From NCBI GenBank assembly GCA_002104945.1, contig MCFH01000027.1:124001-188000 (forward strand): a stretch of 64,000 bases of DNA. Direction: 5' to 3'. Below, one piece after another: positions 34,785-47,749 of the stretch. Below the pieces are notes generated by a model. That model had not been told where the DNA came from. It was given only the letters and a program-made list of their open reading frames with translations, and searched no databases. Within the stretch, counting starts at the first letter, position 1; each line of letters opens with the position of its first letter. The position numbers and the translations under genes are program-made. Origin of the DNA: Piromyces finnis finn. Its lineage: Eukaryota; Fungi; Neocallimastigomycota.

Positions 34785-35092
34785 GTAAAGCGTAAAGCGT
34801 AGATAAAACGTAAACCAAATAATATAAAATAATAAATATATAAATAATAATAATATTTAATAACTAATATAATTAATAATATATATTTTTTTTAAAAAAA
34901 AAAAGTTATATCCTTAGTTTTAAATAATTTGTGTTATTATTCCTTGAGAATAGTGGGTAAAAGTTGAAAAAGTTGTCGAAATAGTATTTGAAAAAAAAAA
35001 AAAAAAAATATTTTAAATTTTAATCAGCCATTTAAATAAGTTGGTAAAAAAAATTTTTTAATCATTCATATTGAAAATGAATGAAAAATATT

Positions 35093-35164
35093 AGGGGCGT
35101 TCCGGATTTGAACCGAAGACCTATTGATCTGCAGTCAATTGCTCTACCGCTGAGCTAACACCCC
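35093..35164 (-). tRNA. tRNA-Cys(GCA)
   Basis: GGGGTGTTAGCTCAGCGGTAGAGCAATTGACTGCAGATCAATAGGTCTTCGGTTCAAATCCGGAACGCCCCT: 7-bp acceptor stem, ATTGA/TCAAT anticodon stem with GCA, GTTCAAATC T-loop, U discriminator, downstream T-run. Confidence 0.96.
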
Positions 35165-36055
35165 TTTCTCTTACTTTTTTTGTGTAATAATTCCATTATA
35201 AATTATTATATAATAGAATTATTAACTACAATTTATTGATAAATTGAGAATAAAAAGAAAATAAATATTAATACTTATCTTTAAGTTCGAGTTTATTATA
35301 AGAGTAAAAATAATTTTACACTTTAATAAGTTAATATGTTTTATTATAACTAAGTTAAGTAAAATAAAATTAAAAAACGCTTTTATTATTATAATTTGTT
35401 TCTTATAATAATAACTCTTGATTTCTTAGAAGGGAATCAAGAGTCTTTATTTATATTATTTAATAAATTTAAAGTTTAAATTAAAATTTTATCTAATCTT
35501 AACAAAATAATTTTTTTTTGTTTAGGAAAAGATTAGAAGAAAAACCTAAACAAAGTTCGATCAACATTCTATACATATTGATCATCGTATATTTTAAGTA
35601 AAACCAATTATTTTAGAAATTGGAAAAAACCTTAAAATATCGATTCCTAAACAATGAATAATTATTTTAAAGTAATTAATTAAATAAATAATTAAATATA
35701 TTTGATAAAAATATAAAGTTAAATAAAAGTAATTAATTAAATTAATTAATTAAATGAATAAATATAATTAATAAAAATATAAAGTTAAATAAAAGTAATT
35801 AATTAAATTAATTAGTTAAATGCATAAATATAATTAATAAAAATATTAAATAAAATATTAATGAATAATATAATTAAATGGTTAAATGTAATTTAAGATA
35901 TTAAAATTAAGTGAAAATAAATAATTAAAATAAATTTAAATGAGAATAATTATTTAAATAGACTAATATTATTAACATTAATTAATGATTAATAATTAAT
36001 GATTTTAACTAAGAAATATTAATTATGTATCAAATAATTATTATTTCTTACATTT

Positions 36056-36815
36056 TGATACAAGATGCATAGAAAAATATAATATTTTAAATATTTTATG
36101 AATAATATCTAATCCTTTTATAAATTGTATATCAATTACTAATGATAATAATAATTAAACTATATTAGTATAGATTATTATGACGCAAATGTTACACATA
36201 CATTAGAATAATTAGTTACACAAGAAAGGAAAAGATATAAAAGAGTGTGTTAAAGCAGAAGATATCAAGAGAGAGAACTTTTCATTTATAAATAATATTT
36301 GATATTTTAGTTTTAAGTATTAGTTTTATTTTATTTTATTTTTATATTAATAGTTTTAGTTTAAGTTAGTTTTAGGTTAATAATTACGTATTTAGTATTT
36401 ATTATATTTCCTTCAATTTAAATATTAGTTATAAAAGAAAAGAATATTTATTGTTTATTTTTACTATTTCAGAAAAGTTATATTTTATCATTAATAATAC
36501 TTTCATCAACATATTTTTATATTTACACATTATATTTAACTATTTATATTTATTCAATAATAACTTTCGATCCTATTAGTATTGAATGTTATTAATGTTA
36601 TAATCATAATAATAATAATAATTAAATAAAGAATCTTTAAACCAAAATCTATTTAATTATATTATTATAAAATTTATTATTTTTATTATTTATTTTTATT
36701 ATTATAAAATAGAAATAAATACAATATTAACTAATATATTATTCATATATCATTCCCTATTGCTAACGTTCATAATTATATTTTATTTATGGTGTTTTTG
36801 AAATATATTGCATCA
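36056..36815 (+). repeat. Element A 5' LTR
   Basis: Direct repeat of 57138-57897. Confidence 0.93.
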
Positions 36816-36822
36816 TAAAATT

Positions 36823-36839
36823 TGGTGGAGAATCCGGGC
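36823..36839 (+). promoter_or_regulatory. Primer-binding site of A, complementary to a tRNA-Ala 3' end
   Basis: TGGTGGAGAATCCGGGC has reverse complement GCCCGGATTCTCCACCA, the ..UCCACCA end typical of tRNA-Ala. It lies 7 nt after the LTR. Confidence 0.8.
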
Positions 36840-37070
36840 GTAGCAATATTGAATAATATAAAACATTAATAGTATTATTTCTATTCTAATTATATTTATT
36901 TTTTTTTTTATTATTTTTAATTAAAATAAGTTCTTTTATATAAATAAAACTTTCTACTATAAAACTATTAAATATACACAAATATTATATATATATATAT
37001 AAAATTATTATAACAATAATATATAAGAAGTTATTATATAAATTTATTTTAAAATAAATAAATAATTAAA

Positions 37071-38528
37071 ATGGTTGACGCCACTAAAGTAAAAAGAGAC
37101 CTTCCATACCTCTGCGATTATGGAAAGGATATTGATTCCTGGATGGAGGATTTTATAAGTGTCATGGAGATCCATGATATACAAGAGCCCTCTAGAATAT
37201 TTGTGTGGTTAAAAGTTGCCGTTGAAGCAGATATCAAGAATGTTTTGAAATCTTTATGTACCTCTCATAATAACGTTAAAAGGTATCCTACTTATAAAGA
37301 GGTACAATCTGCTATTGAAGATTATCTGGAAATAAAGCCAGGGGATAAATGTTCAGTATTAAAAACATTAAAAATTAAACAAAACGAAACTATAAAAAGC
37401 TTCAACTATAAATACTTAACTCTTTACCACCGCTTGGAAAGAGATTTTATGAAAATTATTTCTGTGGATGACTATTTAAACTCTATTAAGAAAAGAGTTT
37501 ATCCACACTCCCAAGTTATATTAGCCGAATGTGAAACATTATCTGAAGCTTTTAAAGTTGCTGAAAAGGCTGAGAAAGCCGAAAGAAGAACCATAGAAAG
37601 TACTGAAACTAACAATATTTCTATGGTATACCAAAATACAAAAAATACTCGAAATGTTTTGTTAGACCATCCGTTATATAGAGGATTAGTAGATGATGAT
37701 AATGTTAATATTAACCATAGCAATTTTAATAACTCTTATTCAAATTATGTACAAGAAAAGCCTATCGGAAGATCCTATCCAGGTATCCCAAGAAATTATG
37801 AAAATGTGTATTTTAATAATAGTAACTTCCGGAGTATCAGATGTTACTATTGCAAGCAAATGGGACATAAAGCTAGTGAATGCCCAAATAAAAGAGAAAG
37901 AAATAATTTCAATAATTTCAATAATTTTAATCAATTTAATAATCAAAGAAATTCTTATAACAGATATGGAAATTTATATAATAATAATGATAACAATAAT
38001 TACAACAATAATAGTTATTTAAATGGATTTAATACTAATACTAATAACAACAACCAAAAGGATAATAGAAACATTAATGAAAATAATTATATGGATTATC
38101 ATCATAAAAATAACTATAATAATATGAATAACAATTATTATATGTACACCAATAATGATTATAAGAAAGGTAATTTTAATCCAAATGGAAATTACAATTA
38201 TAATGAAAGTAATAATATTAATAGCTACAATAATTATAATAATACTATTGGATATAATGGATATAATAATAATGGTTTTAATAGTTATAATAAAAACAAC
38301 ACAATGAATAATAATACATTTAATAACGTCAGTAATGTTAATAAGAATAATATGAGGAACAACATTAATGATAGTGATAACAGGAACAATATTAATAATA
38401 ATTACCCTAATCAATTAAATAATCAATATTATAATAATTATTATAATAAGACCTTACCAGAAAATAATTACAATAAAGCAACCAAAATAAATTTAAACAA
38501 TCCATCTGAATCAAATAATTTAAACTAG
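37071..38528 (+). CDS. Element A Gag
   Basis: ATG-initiated ORF with CCHC knuckle CYYCKQMGHKASEC and an Asn-rich tail ending in TTTAAAC-TAG. Confidence 0.88.
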   Translation: MVDATKVKRDLPYLCDYGKDIDSWMEDFISVMEIHDIQEPSRIFVWLKVAVEADIKNVLKSLCTSHNNVKRYPTYKEVQSAIEDYLEIKPGDKCSVLKTLKIKQNETIKSFNYKYLTLYHRLERDFMKIISVDDYLNSIKKRVYPHSQVILAECETLSEAFKVAEKAEKAERRTIESTETNNISMVYQNTKNTRNVLLDHPLYRGLVDDDNVNINHSNFNNSYSNYVQEKPIGRSYPGIPRNYENVYFNNSNFRSIRCYYCKQMGHKASECPNKRERNNFNNFNNFNQFNNQRNSYNRYGNLYNNNDNNNYNNNSYLNGFNTNTNNNNQKDNRNINENNYMDYHHKNNYNNMNNNYYMYTNNDYKKGNFNPNGNYNYNESNNINSYNNYNNTIGYNGYNNNGFNSYNKNNTMNNNTFNNVSNVNKNNMRNNINDSDNRNNINNNYPNQLNNQYYNNYYNKTLPENNYNKATKINLNNPSESNNLN

Positions 38529-41500
38529 TTTATGGGAGAAGGACAACTCCCAGTAATCAAACCAAGTTTGGCAATTCTTTTGATTCAAATGATGAAATAA
38601 ATGAAAATATTATGTATGTTCATAATAATAATAATGAACTAAACGGGGATAATTATTTCTATGATAGTCATAATGTTAATTTTAACAACAATCCTAATAC
38701 TAATTTTATTTATAATGATACTAATAATAATAATAATAATAATTCTTATGATATTAATAATAATAATAATTATATATATGACAATAATACTTATGTTTAT
38801 GATATTAAACACAATGATAATAATTATGATATTAGTGATAATAAGGATAACTATATATATAATGAAAATAACTATGATGTTTATGCTACTAACTATAATA
38901 ATCATGATGATAATAATAATAATAAAGACTTTAACATAAATTGTGAAAATATTTATAATAATATCAACGAATATAAATGTAACAATATTAATAATATTAA
39001 TAAAGACAATGATAAGTACATGGAAAACAACAATAATGCTTATGAGAAAGATTATGGAATATTAAATAATTCTTGTGGGTGTGATAGAAGTTGTACATCT
39101 AATAATAATAATATGATAAGAAATTGTAAGACATTAAATATAAAAGAACAATATTATAATAGACAACAAGAAAATAAGAATGAGTACTGCCATATAGGTG
39201 AAGATAATGAAGTGGTAGCTGTTACTCAGAAGAATGAAAAATTAAATAAGTCTAAAAGGTTAACACCATTTAAAGATACCGAAAGAAAATTAAAAGAAAA
39301 CCCTATTCCTTTTAGCACACCTGCTTTAAAATTAGCTAAACGGAAAATGAACAATAATAAAACTAATAAAAGCGTAGCTATGGATGAAGATACCACATTA
39401 GAGGAAACTATTGAAACCAATACTATGAATGAAAATAAAAGTCCAGATAATAATCCAAAGAAGGAAAAACAGGTATCATTTTCTGAAGATGTGAAATCAA
39501 TTAAAGAATCAGAAATAATAGTTTTAGATGATAATATTACCAAAGGAAATAACAAAAGTGATAAAGTCTTAGAAACTACTAATGATACTAGTAAAACAAA
39601 TAAATTAAATTACTTAGATTTGTCTGTTATAAATAAACCCAATATTTCAAATGCAAAATAATTAAGTAAACAAGAAAAATTAAATGAAATAAAGAATAAT
39701 TTAAATGATAGTATAAAAGAAATCCAATCTCTGAGTAAAACTAGTAATCCAAAATTAGAAAAACATATTAAAATGATGGAATTAATTGATGATTTCAAAA
39801 TCAATGATTTAATAAAAGAAGTTGCCTCAACTGATGTAGTAACAAAGTTAGGTTATCTTTTAGATTTATTTCCGAAATTTAGATCCGAATTTATTAAAGC
39901 TTTGAAATTAAAAGAAATTGATAAGAAATCTCTAATAAATGTTATGACTGTTATTGGAAGTCATAAAGTCATTAAGGTTAATGGATTTATAGAAAATCGA
40001 CCATCGGAAATATTCTTAGATTCTTGTGCTAGTGTAAACCTAATTACTACTGCTGCACTAAAGAAATTCAATATCAAGAAATTACCAGTTGGTAGAGTAT
40101 CTGAAAAAATATTTCAAGTGTACTCAAATAGTTCTATTGATTCAAATATCTATGAACTTAAGATTACAATTGGAAATCACACATTTACAGATCACTTTAG
40201 AGAGGTAGAAAAAGATGATATCTTTGATGTACTTGTTGGAATTGCTACATTAAAAAGAAATAATTTTATTTTAAATTTAGTTGACGATTCTTTATTACAT
40301 GTTAATAATAATAATGAATGTATTAAATTAACACATTTACTCTATGATGTAAATTTTAATAATTCAAATAATATTAATAAAGATGATGATAAAAACTATA
40401 TAGAGTACGAGTTGAGTAAATTTAATAGTGTGTGTTCTAATAATAATGCTCCTGATAAAATTTCCAATTTAAGAGTTTCTGATTTTATAAATAACTGTGA
40501 AAGTAATATATCTTATGTTCCTAATAATATTACTACTAAAAATAGTTATAAATCTGATGATAATGCTTTATTTAAAAATTCCTGTTCTAGTCCACTTCCT
40601 GTTTTTATATCAATTGTCAAAGAAGATATCTCTTCTAATATTTCTAATAATAATGGTAGTGATAAGAAGCAGCTTATTATAAATGATATAATAAATGAAA
40701 TACCTATTGATAGTAGAAATAATATAAAGCAACTATTTTCTGAGTATAGAGATGTAGTGGCAATAAAGACAGATGATTTAGGTCATTCTAAATTAATGCC
40801 ATATAGAATAAATTTAGTTCCTGGAACCCAACCTATTAAACAACATGCATATAGATTATCTAAAGTGCAAGCTGATGCATTAAAAAATGAATTAATTAAG
40901 CTTATTGATAATAAATTGATTGTTCCTTCTAGTTCGTCATGGTCATCCCCAGTAGTCTTAGTACCTAAGAAGAATAATCAAATAAGAATGTGTGTTGACT
41001 ATAGAAAGGTAAATAATTGTACTATAAAAGATGCATATGCACTTCCCTTGATTGATGATATTTTATACTATGTGGGTAATGCTACTATTTTATCTACTAT
41101 TGATTTGTTTTCGGGTTATCATCAAATATCTATGCATCCTGATGATAGAGACATAACTTGCTTCACTACCATATATGGAAATTTTAATTTCCAAGTTATG
41201 CCTTTTGGACTTTGTAATGCACCGGCCACTTTTCAACGTGAAATGAATCGTATATTTTTTGATTTAATTGGTGTATGTGTATTTGTTTATATAGATGACC
41301 TTGTTATTTATTCTAATTCATTGGAGCAACATTATGAAGACATCAAAAAGGTTTTTAAAATTTTACATAATAACGGTTTAAAAATTAATGTAGAGAAATG
41401 TCATTTTTTTAAAGAAGAAGTGGAACTACTTGGTCACACTCTTTCTACTAAAGGTATTAAACCTATTGATTCTAAAGTTCAAGTTATTATTAATTGGCTA

Positions 41501-41848
41501 CCGCCTAAAAATATTAAACAATTACGTTCGTTTTTAGGTGCTATTGGTTATTATAGAAAGTTCATTTCTAACTTTGCTCAAGTAGCCAAACCTTTATATG
41601 ATCTAACAAAAAAGAATGTTACATTTGAATGGAATGATATTTCTAATAATGCTTTTGATACTCTAAAAAATAAATTAGCTATCGCACCTATTCTTACTCC
41701 TCCAGATTTCAATAAACAATTTATAATACGTACTGATGCATCTAAATCAGGAATAGGTGGTGTACTTATTCAATTAGATAATGACGGCTTTGAAAAACCT
41801 CTCTATTTTGAAAGTAGAACATTATCTAATTCAGAATTAAATTATAGT
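38525..41848 (+). pseudogene. Element A Pol, 5' part (protease, RT, start of RNase H)
   Basis: In the -1 frame relative to gag. One in-frame TAA at 39659-39661 with the same frame continuing. Motifs FLDSCAS, WSSPVVLVPKK, VDYRKVN, MPFGL.NAPATFQ, YIDD, RTDAS. Cut by B after ...ELNYS. Confidence 0.88.
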
Positions 41849-42572
41849 TGTAAAGATATAATATATATCTTTAAATTATTTAATAATTAATTAATAATTA
41901 TTAAATAATAATTTTGATATTTTTAATGAAAAATTATTTATAAAATTTATTATATAAATTTTAAGGAATAATTAAATAAATATTAATTTTAAAATATCAA
42001 AATTGGAAATGAAATTTGGATAAATATTTAAATTAATGGATAATTAAATTTAAATATTTTAAATATTCAAATTAAATCTTAAAAAGTTCTTATTTAATTA
42101 AAAATAGTTTAATAACTTTAGCGTAGTTTTAAATTAGTATTTTTTAATAGTAAATATATAATAAATAGTATTATTAATATTTAATTAATATATAGGTAAT
42201 ACATGGACTGTATTCAATTTGTAGTTTACTCAAATTGAATCAAAAGTGTATTTAATTAGTTTTAGTTTAGTTTTATTATTTTATTATTTAATTAAATTAG
42301 TATTAAATTAGTTTTGTTTATTTTATATTGAATATATGTATAATTAAATAGAATAGTATATTAAAATATAATTTGTAAAAAATATAAATACATGTAAAAT
42401 TTCATAGTTAAACGATGTAATTGTTATTGACTATAGTTTAGTTAATAACTAAATAAGAATAAATAAAAGAGGATATAAATAAATTTTGTTTTGTTTTTAA
42501 TTTTTTATTTTTAGTGTTTTTGTTTTATTGTAAAAAATTTTATAATCTGTTTTAAATTTTAAAATTTTTACA
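41849..42572 (+). repeat. Element B 5' LTR
   Basis: Direct repeat of 54427-55150. Confidence 0.95.
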
Positions 42573-42583
42573 ATAACAATTAC
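42573..42583 (+). promoter_or_regulatory. Self-priming PBS of B
   Basis: ATAACAATTAC is the exact reverse complement of GTAATTGTTAT at 42417-42427 inside the LTR. Confidence 0.8.
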
Positions 42584-42649
42584 CTTTTGCATAATAAAAC
42601 ACGTTATAAAATTTTTCTAATAAAACATATTTTAAATTTTTTTTTCATA

Positions 42650-42805
42650 TCTACCGCGTTTCTAGGAAAATCTACCGTGTGTATAGGGAATCTACCGCGT
42701 TTCTAGGAAAATCTACTGTGTGTATAGGGAATCTACCGCGTTTCTAGGAAAATCTACTGTGTGTATAGGGAATCTACCGCGTTTTTAGGAAAATCTACCG
42801 CGTTT
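42650..42805 (+). repeat. Tandem 20/21-bp subunits (about 41-bp period) in the B leader
   Basis: TCTACCGCGTTTCTAGGAAAA alternates with TCTAC(C/T)GTGTGTATAGGGAA. Confidence 0.9.
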
Positions 42806-42906
42806 CGGAATTTCATCGTACCTTCTGAGGGCTAGTTAACTTGGTGCTTGTTACTCAAAGGTCTTCCATATATATTGAATATATTTAATTTTGTTATAAT
42901 ATTTTT

Positions 42907-42955
42907 AAGAGCTCGTCTAACACCGTTTGACAGGATAGAGTTACGACGACATCTT
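42907..42955 (+). other. Single copy of the conserved leader hairpin in B
   Basis: AAGAGCTCGTCTAACACCGTTTGACAGGATAGAGTTACGACGACATCTT, homologous to the repeat unit arrayed in D. Confidence 0.75.
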
Positions 42956-45135
42956 AACTAAAATATTATAAAAAATTAAATATTTATAACATAATCATAT
43001 TGGAAGAAATAAACCATCTCTTAGATAAATTACACTTAAACGAAAACATGGAACGCCAAGGAGCGTCCTTGAGGATAGTTAATGATCCTCCGGTTTTCAC
43101 AGGCCGCAGACAAGAACTAGACGGGTTCTTGACTAGGGTTGAGCTAGCTATTGAAGCTAACCCTGATAGATTCGTTAATGATGAAGCGAGAGTCCGCTTC
43201 TTGATATCCTACTTTGTTAATAGACCTTTAGAATGGGCCGCCCGTTTAAGACAAAATAACGACGCCGTTCTAAGGAACTATGATCAATTTATTACTGCCC
43301 TTCGTACCAATTTCGGGGATCCGAATAATGATACGATTGTTGCAAATGGAAGACTTTGCAACATTAAACAAAGAAAATTTGGTAAGGTGTTCGAATACAT
43401 TAACGAATTTCAACGCGTTAGCCAAAATTCGAATTTCAATGAAGCAGCAAAAATATACATGTTCGCAAAAGGATTACATCCAAAAATGCGTGAACATTTA
43501 GCTGTAGTGAATCCAAATCCCTCTCAATTAGAGCGTCTTTATTCTGATGTCCTTAGTATTGAAAATCTTACTAAGAGAAATGATATCAGTGAATATTACA
43601 TGACGCATCAAGACCGAAGAAATTATAACCAAAATGATCCTATGGATGTGGACTTATATAGGATCAGTTTAGGTCAAAGAAAGGTTAATTACTTCCCTCC
43701 TCATAGAAGTAATTATGATGAAAATAAAATAAATCGCACTGAGGCTAAGAAGAAGGGAGTTTGCTTTACTTGTGGAAAGTCTGGACACTTTCAATTCAAT
43801 TGTCCAAACAAAAAGAAACCAAAAAATGTAAAAATTATCAAGAGATGCTATTCAGAAGACGAAGCTAGCCCTTCAATCAAGAAAATTAAAAAGGATAATC
43901 TTAATTCCAAGGGAACTTCAAACATATTCGAAATTCATAAAGGTGAAAAGAAAAATATCATTGATTTTTATATCAAAACCAATGATATTGATGAAGTCAA
44001 GGCTAAGGTACTTATTGATTCTGGTTCCGATCTTAATTTCATCCACCCCGAGTTCGCCCGAGTCAATAATATTAAACTTTCAAATATTGCTGAATCTTTC
44101 AAGGTTTCTGGTTTAGGGCAAGGTACATCTACCGTGAAAAAGGAATCCGAAAAGTGCATCCTTCGTTTGAGAAATCATTACGAAATCATTCAATTATATG
44201 CACTTAGAATTCCTGAAGTTGATATAATTCTTGGAGTACCTTGGATCGAGAAACATTGTCCGGTTTATTATCACGATTCCTCCAAAATTGCCTTTAGCTC
44301 CGGATACTGTGCTCGACACTGTAATGTAGGTAAAAGGAAAAATAAGGGCACAATCAATAAGAATAGGGAATCTATGACATCATCAAGAAAAGGGAAAGAA
44401 GCTGTCTTGGATAGTGAAAACGAACAATCCTATTGTAGTGACCTTGGTTCCCCCGAATATGACGAATCCTCTTATTGTGACTCCAGTGATGACGAGGAAA
44501 CTGTTAATATTAGAGGTCGAAGAACCTCTGTTAAAACCATTAGTAAATTAGATAGTTTGGATAAAATTAAATGTAGTAACAGTTTAAATAATAATAATGA
44601 TAATAATTGTATTTTTAAATGTATATGTAATGACATTAATTGTATTGATGAAAATTTAAATAAAGATAATAATTCGGTCACTGGACCAAAACAGTACTCA
44701 TTTTCAAAAAACGTGTGTAATAATAATAATTCTCGTGTATTAAATTCAGTTAGTAACTGTAATGATTTATTTTGTAATATTATTAATAAATGTAAAAGTG
44801 AAAGTGATAATTTGAATAAAGATAAAAAATCTATTGAAATTCCAAAACAATATTTATTATTTAAAGAGGTTTTTAATGAAAAGAATTGTAATATTTTACC
44901 TCCACATCGTGAATACGATTGTGAAATCCGATTAAAGGATAATGCTAACTTGTTTTATGGTCCTCTTTATCCTTTAACTGAGGCAGAGAGAGATGAATTA
45001 AAAAATTATATCAATGAAAATTTAGAAAAAGGTTTCATTAGGAAATCTTCATCTCCTGCCGGTGCACCAGTTTTATTTGTCAAAAAGAAAGATGGATCAT
45101 TAAGACTTTGCGTTGATTATAGGAAACTTAATGAC

Positions 45136-45566
45136 TGTAATGAATACTAGAAATAACTAAATTGTCTTAGTGGTTAGTAGCTAAGACTTTGAGTCTGAAT
45201 GACACTAGTTCGAGACCTCATAGATACTATTTTAAAAAAATTATTTTATTTTATTTTATTTTTAAATTTTATTTTATATGAAGATTATTGATTGGTTAAG
45301 AATTTTAAGTTGAAAAAATTTTATAAATTAATTTAAAAAATTTTTAGTATAAATACGAGTGAATTTTCCCAAATATTTTAAAGAATCGAGATTTTATTAA
45401 TAAATAATTATATTATTAAACACTAACTTATTAAGTTAAATTCTATGTGTTTTTAATGATATTTTTATAAATTAATAATTTACAGAATATTTTAAAGTGT
45501 TAATATTACTAAGTTATTTAGTAAATATTATAATTTGTTTTATTGTTAAAGACACATTTCTTTACA
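45136..45566. mobile_element. Solo LTR C (431 bp) inserted in the RT of B
   Basis: TGTAAT...TTTACA termini, TSD ATGAC at 45131-45135 and 45567-45571. B's frame resumes (RKLND|MTIRNSYP). Confidence 0.9.
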
Positions 45567-47749
45567 ATGACATGACAATTAGAAATTCATATCCTCTTCC
45601 GTTAATTGGTGACTTATTGGATAGAGTGAAAGGTGCAAAATACTTTACTAAGTTGGACTTAAAGTCTGCTTATAATTTAGTTAGAATCAAAGAGGGTGAT
45701 GAATACAAAACTGCCTTTAGAACAAGATATGGGCATTTTGAATATCTCGTCATGCCTTTTGGTTTAAAGAATGCACCAGCTACGTTTCAACATTTCATAA
45801 ATGATGTCCTTAGTGATTACTTAGATGATTTTGCTATATCATATATTGATGATATTCTAATATATTCAAATAGCCTAGAAGAACATCATGAACATGTTAA
45901 AAAAGTATTGAAAAAATTATTAGAAAATAATTTATATGTTAAGTTAGAGAAGTGTGAGTTTGATGTTTCAGAAACCACTTTCCTTGGTTATGTATTATCC
46001 AAAGATGGTCTGAAAATGAATAGAGATAAAGTTAAAGCTATCCTCGACTGGCCTGTTCCTACAAACGTTAAAGAAGTTCAATCCTTTATTGGATTATGTA
46101 ATTATTATAGAATTTTTATTAAAGACTTTGCGAAAATTGCTAGTCCTCTACACAAACTTACTAGGAAAAATGTTCCTTTTAATTGGGTTTCTGAGTGTCA
46201 AAATGCATTTGTTACACTTAAAAAGGCTTTTACTTCAGCTCCTATCTTAATGAACCCTGATAGCAACAAACCTTTTATTGTTGAGACTGACGCTAGTAAC
46301 TTTGCTGTCGGTGCAATTCTTTCACAAGAATTTGAAGGGCAATTGCACCCTATTGCTTTTATTTCATCTAGCTTAACCAAGTCTCAAAGAAACTATCAAA
46401 TTTATGATAAAGAGTTGCTCGCTATCAAAGTGGCTCTTGAAGAATGGAGGCATTATCTGGAAGGTGCAAAGCATCAGTTCATCATTTATACTGATCATAA
46501 GAATTTAACCTTTCCAAGAAAGCCTGAGATGCTCTCACAACGACAGATAAGATGGTATGAATTTTTATCAAGATTTGATTTTAAGTTAATTTATAGAGCT
46601 GGAAAAAAGTCTGGTAAACCTGATTTGTTATCCAGACGTAGTGATCATATCTGTAATATTTATAATAATGATAGGATTAATGAAAATATTGAATGTAGTA
46701 ATTTTAGTTGTAATTTTATTTCATGTAATGTAATTAATTCTTTTAATAAAGATGATTCTTTAATTAATTCTATTCTATGTTCCTTAAAAAATGATGATTT
46801 ATATAATAAAGTTTGTGTATTTCTGTAAAGATATAATATATATCTTTAGATTATTTAATAATTAATTATTAATTATTAAATAATAAATTAATATTTAGTA
46901 AAACTGATTATAAAATTTTTGAGTAAATTTTATGGAATAATTTAATAATAAATTATTTTATAATAATTCCGTTAAATTTAAATTAAGATAAATATTTAAG
47001 TTTAAGGAATAAAAGAATTTTAATTAAATTTAAATATTTCAAATATTTTAAATAATTAAAATATTTTTCAAATACTTTTTATTTAATTTTAGAATAGATT
47101 ATACTTTTTTATTTAAATTTAGAATAGTTTAATAATTTTAACTTAGTTTTAAAAATAGATTTATTTATATTTCAATAGGAAATATATTAAGAATAGTATT
47201 GATAATATTAAATTAATTTATAGAAAATACATGGGCTTTATTCAATTTTGAGTTTACTCAAATTGAATTAAAAGTATAATGAATTAGTTTAGTTTAGTTC
47301 TGTTATTTTATTATTTAATTAAATTAGTTTTGTTTATTTTATATTAAATATATGTTTATTTAAATAGAATAATATATTAGAATATAATTATGAAAAAATA
47401 TAAATACATGTAATTTTTATTTGTTAAATCGATGTAATTGTTATTTTCAATTTTTTAATTATTAACTATTATATAGCTAATAATATTTTTAAGAGTTTAA
47501 ATAAAATGTTTTCTTAAAATAAAAATTTAATGTTTTATTTTTTTATTTTTGTGTTAATAAAAATTGTTTTGTTTTAAGTATGAAATCTGTTTTAAATTTT
47601 ATACTTTTACAATAACAATTACCTTTTCTTATTAAAAAACACGTTTTATATTTAATAATAAAACAATTTTTATTTTCTGAAGTTACAACATTGGGAATTG
47701 CTACCGTAGAAAATTTGGAACTTTTCGGAAATTTTTTTTTTGTCTACTT

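Noticed and set aside
35700-35830. About 67-bp tandem duplication upstream of the tRNA
   Set aside because: It is low-complexity AT sequence with no further structure, ordinary for this genome.
37499-39804. Ile/Met-rich short ORFs overlapping A gag and pol
   Set aside because: They are alternate-frame products of AAT-rich low-complexity coding sequence.
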